Below are positions 1-6,589 of a DNA stretch of 32,000 bases, piece by piece (the first letter of the stretch is position 1; each line of letters starts with the position of its first letter). Where the stretch lies: positions 1,410,001-1,442,000 of the forward strand of contig OY969938.1 of assembly GCA_963704755.1 (NCBI GenBank), read 5' to 3'. The translations under genes were made by a program, and so were the position numbers. The notes under the pieces are model-generated. The model was not told the origin of the DNA. It did not search any database and saw only the letters and a program-made list of their open reading frames with translations. The DNA is from an uncultured Chloroflexia bacterium (lineage in GTDB: Bacteria; Chloroflexota; Anaerolineae; Anaerolineales; Anaerolineaceae).

Positions 1-105
1 ATTTCCGAACTAGCCTGAGTAGTAACAAATTATTCGGCTCGTGCAAACGGGCCAAGCGGGAAACTGATCCTGATACCCATTAATGTTCGCATTGGGGAGG
101 AATAA

Positions 106-1122
106 TTGAAACAAACACTGAAAATTGCCGTTCCAATGGCTGGCCTGGGCACACGTATGCGCCCTCATACCTGGAGCAAACCCAAACCATTGATCGCCCT
201 GGCCGGCAAGACCGTACTCGACTTTGTGTTGGAACAATTTAACAACCTGCCGGAAAGCCTGGATGTAGAGTACGTCTTTATCATTGGTCCCAACCAGCGC
301 GAGCAGGTCGAAGATCATATGCGTAAATATCATCCCGAAAAAACGGTCCATTACGTACAACAGGAAGTCATGCGGGGCCAGTCGGACGCACTCTACCTGG
401 CCCGCGAGTACCTGCATGGCCCTATGCTGATGGCATTCTCGGACACGCTGATCGAGACCGACCTTTCCAAGCTGGATCAGGTCGAGGAAGACGGCGTGGC
501 CTGGGTCCGCCCGGTGGAAGATCCGCGCCGTTTTGGTGTCGCTATCGTCGATGAGAATGGCATGATCACCAAACTGGTCGAAAAACCCGAAGATGTGACC
601 CACAACCTGGCTGTAGTCGGCTTTTATTATTTCAAAGAGGCTGAAAAACTGATCGGCGCCATCGAAGAACAGATGCAGCAGAACATCACCTTAAAAAACG
701 AGTTCTTCCTGGCCGATGCGGTCAATATTATGCTCCAAAAGGGAGCCCAAAATGCGCACCCGGCAGGTCAAAATGTGGCTGGATGCCGGCATCCCCGAGG
801 CCGTCCTGGAAACCAACCGTTACCTGCTTGAAAACGGATACGATAACTCGGCCGAATTAACCTCGAACAAGAGGGTGTGGCCATCATCCCGCCCGTCTAT
901 GTCCATCCCACGGCAAAAATCGTCAGTTCGGTGGTCGGCCCTTACGTGTCGATTGACCGGGACTGCTGCCTGGAGTGCGTGGTCATCCGCAACTCGGTGC
1001 TCGACGAAGGCACTATGGTCGAGCAAATGGTCCTTTCGGACACTCTGCTGGGAAAACATGTTCAGGTAGAAGGCGACGCCGAGCACCTGAACCTGGGAGA
1101 CCATTCCTGGCTGAAAAAATGA
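106..1122 (+). CDS. Sugar-phosphate nucleotidyltransferase (N-terminal NTP-transferase fold, C-terminal left-handed beta-helix); reading frame broken twice as sequenced
   Basis: TTG start at 106, 6 nt after GGAGG. N-terminus MKQTLKIAVPMAGLGTRMRPHTWSKPKPL has the G-x-G-T-R...K-P nucleotidyltransferase signature. Track ORF 106-831 turns to nonsense after ...IMLQKGA. The expected continuation KMRTRQVKMWLDAGIPEAVLETNRYLLENGYDNS is in the +1 frame (track ORF 716-1069). The hexapeptide-repeat tail VAIIPPVYVHPTAKI...VIRNSVL...GKHVQVEGD returns to the original frame (track ORF 877-1122). The breaks map to C-run 746-748 and G-run 873-875. Confidence 0.8.
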
Positions 1123-1331
1123 CCGCTCCGGTGGAATGCCATTCCGGTTACGCCTATGCCGGGCGGCCGCTTGCCGTGCACTGGCAGGGCAGCCGGCTGG
1201 AGATCGAAGCGATCGAAAAAGAATGGCGCGGCCCCGAAGGAAAATTTTTTCAAGTGCGGTCCGCCGACGGGCGCCGTTTCGAATTGATCTACAACGAATC
1301 ACAAGACGACTGGCAAATAAAAGAATTTTGA
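1119..1331 (+). CDS. Small hypothetical protein (70 aa), translationally coupled to the upstream gene
   Basis: ATG at 1119 overlaps the upstream stop (ATGA, 1119-1122). The product MTAPVECHSGYAYAGRPLAVHWQGSRLEIEAIEKEWRGPEGKFFQVRSADGRRFELIYNESQDDWQIKEF has ordinary non-repetitive composition. It is the 3' part of track ORF 975-1331. No family recognised. Confidence 0.5.
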   Translation: MTAPVECHSGYAYAGRPLAVHWQGSRLEIEAIEKEWRGPEGKFFQVRSADGRRFELIYNESQDDWQIKEF

Positions 1332-1343
1332 CGGTGATAAACC

Positions 1344-1394
1344 CGAAAATAATGGAATTGCAATGGCAAAGCCATTGCAATTCCATTATTTTCG
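1344..1394. repeat. Perfect 24-bp-stem hairpin (3-nt loop) 13 nt after the small ORF
   Basis: CGAAAATAATGGAATTGCAATGGC-AAA-GCCATTGCAATTCCATTATTTTCG read directly from the sequence. There is no U-tract after the stem, so it is not a canonical intrinsic terminator. Confidence 0.9.
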
Positions 1395-1487
1395 AGAACT
1401 TCCTCAACCCAAGAAACTGGTAAAATTCTTCAATTCAAATTCCTAAATAAATTTCCTTATGGCCCCAGGCCGATCCATGGAGTGAAA

Positions 1488-2651
1488 ATGCGTGAATCCT
1501 ACATCTCCCAGAAGGTGGCGTCACTAAAACCATCCGGAATCCGCCGCTTTTTCGATATTGCCGCAACGATGAAAGACGTTATTTCGCTGGGCATCGGCGA
1601 ACCAGATTTCGATACGCCGCCCCTGGTCATCCAGGCCGGCAAAGATTCTTTGGACAAAGGCCATACGCATTACACCTCTAACGCCGGCGTGATTGAGCTG
1701 CGCCGCACCCTGGCGGCCCACCTCGACCGGCAGTACAGGTCAGCTACGACCCGGAAAGCGAAGTGATCATCACCGTGGGCGGCTCCGAGGCGCTTTACCT
1801 GGCCGCCACGGCCCTGCTCGATCCCGGCGACGAAGTGATTATCCCGACCCCCTGCTTCGTTTCCTACCAGGCCGAGGTTTTCCTGGCCGGCGGTGTACCG
1901 GTGGAAATCCCCTGCCGCATGGAGGATAACTTCGATGTGGATCCCCAGCGGATCGAAGCGGCCGTGACTCCCGCGGACCAAAGCTATCCTGCTCGGCTTT
2001 CCCAATAACCCCACCGGCGCAGTCGCCAGCCGCGAGCGCCTGCTCGAAATTGCCCGCATCGCCGAGAAATATGACTTACTCGTTCTATCCGATGAGATTT
2101 ACGACCGCCTGGTTTACGGTGGGCACCAGCACGTCTGCTTCCCCACCCTGCCGGGGATGAAAGAGCGCACTATTTTGTTGGGCGGTTTTTCCAAGGATTA
2201 TGCCATGACCGGCTGGCGCATCGGCTACGCCTGTGCACCGGCCTCCATCCTGAAGGGTCTCACGCGGGTACACCAGTACACGGTCATGTCCGCTCCTACC
2301 ACCGCCCAGGAAGCGGCCATCACCGCCCTCGAGGACCGCGACGAGGCTGTGATGAGCATGGTCGAAGAATATGATCACCGCCGCCGGTTGATCGTGGATG
2401 GCCTGAACCAGATCGGCTTGCCCACCTTCGAGCCCAAGGGGGCTTTTTATGCCTTCCCGCGCGTGGACGTGACCGGCCTGGACGACGACGCTTTTGCCAC
2501 CCGCCTGCTCAAGGAAGAAAATGTGGCCATCGTCCCGGGTAATTCGTTCGGCCTGGGCGGCGAAGGCTTTTGCCGCTGCTCGTACGCCACCGCCTATGGC
2601 AAAATCGAAGAAGCCCTGCGCCGCATCGAGCGCTTCGTCAACCGGCAGTAA
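1488..2651 (+). CDS. Pyridoxal-phosphate-dependent aminotransferase (class I/II, AspC-like); reading frame broken twice as sequenced
   Basis: ATG 1488 lies 7 nt after GGAG (the track ORF starts at GTG 1482). Three track ORFs, 1482-1766, 1763-2008 and 2157-2651, join into one continuous aminotransferase. The joined sequence reads ...LAAHLDRQY / VSYDPESEVIITVGGSEALYLAATALLDPGDEVIIPTPCFVSY...AAVTP / TKAILLGFPNNPTGAV...LGGFSKDYAMTGWRIGY (PLP-lysine motif). The breaks lie at about 1737-1739 (base missing) and 1975-1976 (extra G). Confidence 0.85.
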
Positions 2652-2656
2652 GAGAA

Positions 2657-3421
2657 ATTTCACCGCAGAGAAACGGTGGACTTTGTCAAGAAAGAAAACC
2701 ACAGAGCACACAGAGTTCACAGAGAAAAAAGAAATCGAGAAAATTCGCGGGTCGAAGGAATGATGGCCTGAAGCGGATCGGCCCGGTCTCCAGACCGAGG
2801 CCGCTCTTCAAAGCCGGCCAAAAGGAATAACCACGGAGACACGGAAGACACGGAGAAGATTTTTTTGGAAATGGATCAGCCCAGTTCCTCGCAAGCTTTA
2901 GCCTATTCCATCCCCGCAGCCCCAGCTACCCCCCGGCTTTGAAAGCCGGGCTACATTATGTTCCAAATCTCTTTTCCGTGCGCGTTTTTTTTTGTAATGC
3001 CAACGTCGCAATGGTGCGTTCCGGGCACGCTGATGTGGCCGAATGAGCTGGCGGTCCACCGGTACCAGGGAAGTCAGCCCTCAAACGCACCCTACGACGG
3101 CGCGCTTTCTAAATATTTTCTCTTCTTCTCTTTTTTCTCCGTGCCCCGTGTCTCCGTGGTTTTAATTCTCTCTGCTGTGATTATTCCTCCTGGCCGGCCG
3201 ATAAGAGCGGCCTCGGTCTGGAGACCGGGCCGATCCACTTTGGGCTTTCATTTTTCTAAAAATATTGTAACTGCTCAGGCAAGTGCGCAAGGCGAGGGTG
3301 TTTTTATTATTTTTTGTGCGCTTCGCGCACAAAAAATAATAAAAACACCCTAAACCTCTGCGGTAGCTAAGTAGTTACAAAATATTTTTTTCTTCTTCTC
3401 TCTGCGTCTCTGCGGTGAAAT
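2657..3421. repeat. Intergenic region built of nested inverted repeats (mosaic of CAC[A/G]GAG tracts and hairpin modules)
   Basis: The outermost inverted repeat is ATTTCACCGCAGAGA (2657-2671) against its exact reverse complement at 3407-3421. A perfect 34-bp inverted repeat GGATCGGCCCGGTCTCCAGACCGAGGCCGCTCTT (2775-2808) matches 3203-3236. CACAGAG/CACGGAG tracts at 2694-2745 and 2829-2866 are mirrored by CTCCGTG/CTCTGCG tracts at 3111-3163 and 3381-3421. The centre carries CCCGGCTTTGAAAGCCGGGCTACA (2932-2955), a module of the 8631-9622 array. Confidence 0.85.
3265..3380. repeat. Nested palindromic element: outer imperfect inverted repeat plus inner perfect 27-bp hairpin
   Basis: Inner hairpin is AGGGTGTTTTTATTATTTTTTGTGCGC (3295-3321), loop TTC, then the exact complement at 3325-3351. 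Outer arms are TTGTAACTGCTCAGGC (3265-3280) and GTAGCTAAGTAGTTACAA (3363-3380), whose reverse complement is TTGTAACTACTTAGCTAC. Confidence 0.9.
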
Positions 3422-3494
3422 ATCTTTTCTTCACTCCCTTTTTGCTCATTCACGCTACAATTAAGCTAATTCCAAAGCCATAGGAGAACAAGCC

Positions 3495-4479
3495 ATGACT
3501 CAAACCATCCGCTGGGGTTTGTTGAGTACAGCCGATATCAACTCGAAATTAATTCCGGCCATCCGCCAGAGCGAAGGCCACGAGCTGACCGCCGTGGCCA
3601 GCCGCGACCGGGCCCGCGTGGACGCCTACGCTGCCAAATGGGGCATCCCGCGCGCCTTCGAAACCTACCAGTCCATGCTGGACGACCCGGACATCGACGC
3701 CGTGTACATCTCGTTGCCCAACCATATGCACCTCGAGTGGGTCAGCAAGGCGGCCGAACGGGGGAAACACGTGTTGTGCGAAAAACCTCTGGCGCTCACC
3801 CCTCAGGAAATCGAAGCCATCATAGCCGTTGGTGAAAAGTACCAGGTGGTCATCATGGAAGCCTTCATGTACCGCCACCACCCACGCACGCTCAAGGTGC
3901 AGGAAATCCTGGCGGCCGGCGAGTTGGGCAAGGTGCAGCACGTTTCGGCCCACTTTACCGCCGACCTGGGCCGGCCGGGCAATTACCGCTGGGACCCCAA
4001 AGCTGGCGGCGGCAGCCTGTGGGACGTGGGCTGCTACCCGGTCAGCTATTCGCGTATGGTGATGGGCGAAAATCCGCTGGAGGTCTATGGCGTCTGGCAG
4101 TTGACCGACCAGGGCGTGGACCTGCACTTCACCGGCCAGATGATCTTTTCAGGCGGCCGCACGGCCCAGATTTTTTCCAGTTTTGGCCTGCCCTACGGCG
4201 TTTACGTCGAGATTTTCGGTGATAAAGCCAAACTGCAGAACTTCAGCCCCTACAGCCCGGACGAAGAACACCCGTTGGTTCAGGTCGAGAACGACGTGCC
4301 CCGCACCATTGAAACCGCGCACCCCTACCTGTACCAGGGCGAAGTCGAGAATATGGGTGACGCCATTCACGGCAAGGCCAAAACCCGCCTTTCGCTGCAA
4401 GAAAGCCTGGACATCAACCGCATCCTAGTCGCGTTATACGAGTTCGGCTGCCAAAGGTCATCCCATCCGTCTGGCATAA
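3495..4479 (+). CDS. Gfo/Idh/MocA family NAD(P)-dependent oxidoreductase (the ORF as sequenced runs on to 4571 after a probable +1 indel at 4443-4444)
   Basis: N-terminal Rossmann region IRWGLLSTADINSKLIPAI...AVASRD...DAVYISLPNHMHLEWVSKAAERGKHVLCEKP is typical of the family. After ...VALYE the sequenced frame reads FGCQRSSHPSG and then translates a palindromic repeat. Dropping one T of TT (4443-4444) gives ...ALYESAAKGHPIRLA followed by TAA at 4477-4479. Confidence 0.8.
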
Positions 4480-4493
4480 CCGAAGCTTCAGAA

Positions 4494-4586
4494 GAAATGG
4501 GTGGTTTTCATTGTTTTTGGTGGGCGAAGCCCACCAAAAACAATGAAAACCACCCATTTCCTCCATTGTAGCTGAGTAGTTATAAA
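4494..4586. repeat. Perfect 32-bp-stem hairpin plus 3' outer-arm motif (same family as 3265-3380)
   Basis: GAAATGGGTGGTTTTCATTGTTTTTGGTGGGC (4494-4525), loop GAA, exact complement at 4529-4560, followed by GTAGCTGAGTAGTTATAA (4569-4586). Both strands yield near-identical artefactual peptides: EEMGGFHCFWWAKPTKNNENHPF on plus and EEMGGFHCFWWASPTKNNENHPF in minus ORF 4414-4596. Confidence 0.9.
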
Positions 4587-4670
4587 TTTTCTTCAAATGC
4601 CGTTCTTCTCTGCGCCTGACGAATACGCTATGGTAAAATCTAAACCAATCTCCTGATTGGATGGTGCATT

Positions 4671-6134
4671 ATGAAGTACGAAACTGTGATCGGTCTCGAA
4701 GTCCACGCCGAACTGATGACCCGATCTAAAATGTTTTGCGCCTGCCCGGTTGTGGACCCCATCCACGCCGAACCGAACACCGCAGTCTGCCCGGTCTGCG
4801 CCGGAATGCCCGGCGTTTTACCGGTTGTTAATCGCCAGGCGGTCGAACACGCCATCCGGGTCGGGCTGGCCCTCAATTGCCAGATCACCCATACCAGCCT
4901 GTTCGCCCGCAAGAACTATTTCTATCCCGATCTGCCCAAGGGCTACCAGATCTCGCAATACGAGTACCCGCTGGCCGTTAACGGTTATTTGGAAATCGAG
5001 ACCAGCCAGGGTCCAAAGGTCATCCGGGTCCACCGCGCTCATCTGGAAGAGGACGCCGGCAAACTCACCCACGTCCACAAGCCTGACGGTGAATCCTATT
5101 CCCTGGTCGATTTGAACCGGGCCGGTGTGCCCCTGCTCGAGATCGTCTCGGAACCCGACATGCACACCATCGAAGAAGCCCGAGCCTACGCCAGCCAACT
5201 GCGGGCCATTCTGCGCGCGGTCGGCGCCAACTCCGGCGACATGGAAAAGGGCCAGATCCGTTTCGAAGCCAACATTTCCATCCGCCCGGTGGGCAGCCAG
5301 GAATTGGGCACCCGGGTGGAGATCAAAAATCTAAACAGCTTCCGCGCCATGGAGCGTGGAATTGCCTACCAGGTCGAGCGCCAGGCCGAAATCTTGGACA
5401 GCGGCGGCAAAGTAGAACAGGAAACCCTCGGCTGGGACGAAGCCAGGGGTGTGACCTACTCCCAGCGCAGCAAAGAAGAAGCCCACGATTATCGCTATTT
5501 TCCCGAGCCGGACCTGCCGCCCCTGGTAGTGGACGATGAATGGGTTGAACGGGTGCGCGCCAGCCTGCCGGAACTACCCCAGGCCCGCAAGATGCGCTTT
5601 ATCCATGATTTTGGATTGGCCCCGGCCGACGCGGCCCTGCTAACCAACGAATTTGCCTCCGCGGATTATTTCGAAGCCGCCGTCGACGCGGCGGGCGAGA
5701 AAGCCAGCCCGCAGGTCGTCGCCAACTGGGTCACCGGCGAGATCTTTGCCTGGATCAACCAGAGCGCTGAGACCATCGAGACGATCAAAGTGCGCCCCGT
5801 GGGGCTGGCCGAACTGCTCGGCTTCACCAGCCGTGAAGAAATCAACCTGAATACGGCCAAAACCGTCCTGGCCGAAATGCTCAAGACCGGCCGGTCGGCC
5901 GGCGAGATCATCTCCACCCAGGGATTGCAGCAGGTCTCGGACGCCGGTACCATCACCGCCTTAATCAGCAAGACCATCCAGGACAATCCGCGCGAGCTCG
6001 AGTCCTATCTCAAAGGCAAAGAGACCCTGTCCAACTGGTTCTTTGGCCAGGTCATGCGCGCGGCCGGCGGCAAAGCCAACCCGCAGGTGGTGCGCAGCGA
6101 ACTGGAACGCCAGCTTCAGGCCAAAAAAGAATAA
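4671..6134 (+). CDS. gatB: Asp-tRNA(Asn)/Glu-tRNA(Gln) amidotransferase subunit B
   Basis: 487-aa intact [29 protein letters not shown]...[14 protein letters not shown]...LEEDAGK...[17 protein letters not shown] are hallmark GatB blocks, and the C-terminal YqeY-like tail is present. Confidence 0.95.
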   Translation: MKYETVIGLEVHAELMTRSKMFCACPVVDPIHAEPNTAVCPVCAGMPGVLPVVNRQAVEHAIRVGLALNCQITHTSLFARKNYFYPDLPKGYQISQYEYPLAVNGYLEIETSQGPKVIRVHRAHLEEDAGKLTHVHKPDGESYSLVDLNRAGVPLLEIVSEPDMHTIEEARAYASQLRAILRAVGANSGDMEKGQIRFEANISIRPVGSQELGTRVEIKNLNSFRAMERGIAYQVERQAEILDSGGKVEQETLGWDEARGVTYSQRSKEEAHDYRYFPEPDLPPLVVDDEWVERVRASLPELPQARKMRFIHDFGLAPADAALLTNEFASADYFEAAVDAAGEKASPQVVANWVTGEIFAWINQSAETIETIKVRPVGLAELLGFTSREEINLNTAKTVLAEMLKTGRSAGEIISTQGLQQVSDAGTITALISKTIQDNPRELESYLKGKETLSNWFFGQVMRAAGGKANPQVVRSELERQLQAKKE

Positions 6135-6144
6135 TTTGGAAATC

Positions 6145-6203
6145 AAGTGTGTTTTTATTGTTTTTCACGTGCGAAGCACTAGAAAAACAATAAAAACACA
6201 CTT
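6145..6203. repeat. Long near-perfect hairpin 11 nt after the gatB stop (family member)
   Basis: AAGTGTGTTTTTATTGTTTTTC (6145-6166) pairs with GAAAAACAATAAAAACACACTT (6182-6203). The apex is GTGC-GAA-GCAC with two mismatches. It is followed by GCGGTAGCGGTGTAAGTGATAATTATT (6211-6237), which resembles the family's 3' outer arm. Confidence 0.85.
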
Positions 6204-6238
6204 TTCTAATGCGGTAGCGGTGTAAGTGATAATTATTC

Positions 6239-6348
6239 GTTGTAACTGCCCAGGGCCAAGTTGCCCGAAATTGAGGTGTATACAGGAGCTTCGCTCCTGT
6301 ATACACCTCAATTTCGGGGTTCTTACTTATTAGGCTGGGTTATTGTGG
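6239..6348. repeat. Nested palindromic element with a perfect 26-bp hairpin; homologue of 20046-20159
   Basis: 5' flank GTTGTAACTGCCCAGGGCCAAGTTG. Hairpin CCCGAAATTGAGGTGTATACAGGAGC (6264-6289), loop TTC, exact complement at 6293-6318. 3' flank GTTCTTACTTATTAGGCTGGGTTATTGTGG. Confidence 0.9.
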
Positions 6349-6394
6349 CTCAAGCAACGTCAAGTATCATCAACAAGCATGGATAATTATCATC

Positions 6395-6423
6395 TTGACG
6401 AAATAGCAGAAAGTCCCTAAACT
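6395..6423 (+). promoter_or_regulatory. Sigma-70-like promoter candidate upstream of the gdh leader
   Basis: TTGACG (6395-6400), a 17-nt spacer, then TAAACT (6418-6423). It lies in an AT-rich tract about 165 nt upstream of the gdh ATG. Motif match only. Confidence 0.4.
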
Positions 6424-6488
6424 TATAGTTAGTCTGGCAAACGGAAGGAAACCATGCGAAACCTATGCCGACAGCCAAATAAAAAATC

Positions 6489-6524
6489 AAACGGGCACCT
6501 GACCGGGGTGCCCGTTTATTTTTT
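6489..6524 (+). terminator. Intrinsic (bidirectional-type) terminator hairpin inside the putative gdh leader
   Basis: AAACGGGCACC (6489-6499), a 7-nt loop, GGTGCCCGTTT (6507-6517), then ATTTTTT. An A-tract (AAATAAAAAA) lies upstream. Confidence 0.7.
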
Positions 6525-6589
6525 AATGGCACCTTCCGTGGTTGCCTGAACATCCTCATCTTATTTACTTCTATAGGAGCTAAAAATCG

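Noticed and set aside
10-603. 197-aa minus-strand ORF at the window start
   Set aside because: It is entirely antisense to the well-supported nucleotidyltransferase gene and has no recognisable motifs. It is a typical GC-rich shadow ORF.
740-880. Programmed ribosomal frameshifting as the explanation for the frame changes (for example CCCAAAA at 746-752)
   Set aside because: The heptamer is not in the X-XXY-YYZ phase for the zero frame, and the required shift there is +1, not -1. Seven breaks in unrelated genes share no motif other than short homopolymers.
2958-3353. 131-aa ORF in the aminotransferase/oxidoreductase gap
   Set aside because: It is a translation of repeat DNA (FFSFFSVPRVSVV from the CTCCGTG tract, and the end runs into the 27-bp hairpin). 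There is no RBS and the composition is implausible.
3265-3380. Long hairpins at gene 3' ends as integron attC sites
   Set aside because: The outer arms do not fit RYYYAAC/GTTRRRY. The flanking genes are core housekeeping genes (gatB, fixX, fhs) in mixed orientations, and no intI is present.
6437-6549. A glutamine (glnA-type) riboswitch or Downstream-peptide motif, and the 31-codon ORF starting at 6454, upstream of gdh
   Set aside because: Only the short string ACGGAAG resembles the conserved core as I remember it. The GUUCA...and ...GUAGG elements are absent. The 31-codon ORF reads straight through the terminator hairpin and has no support.
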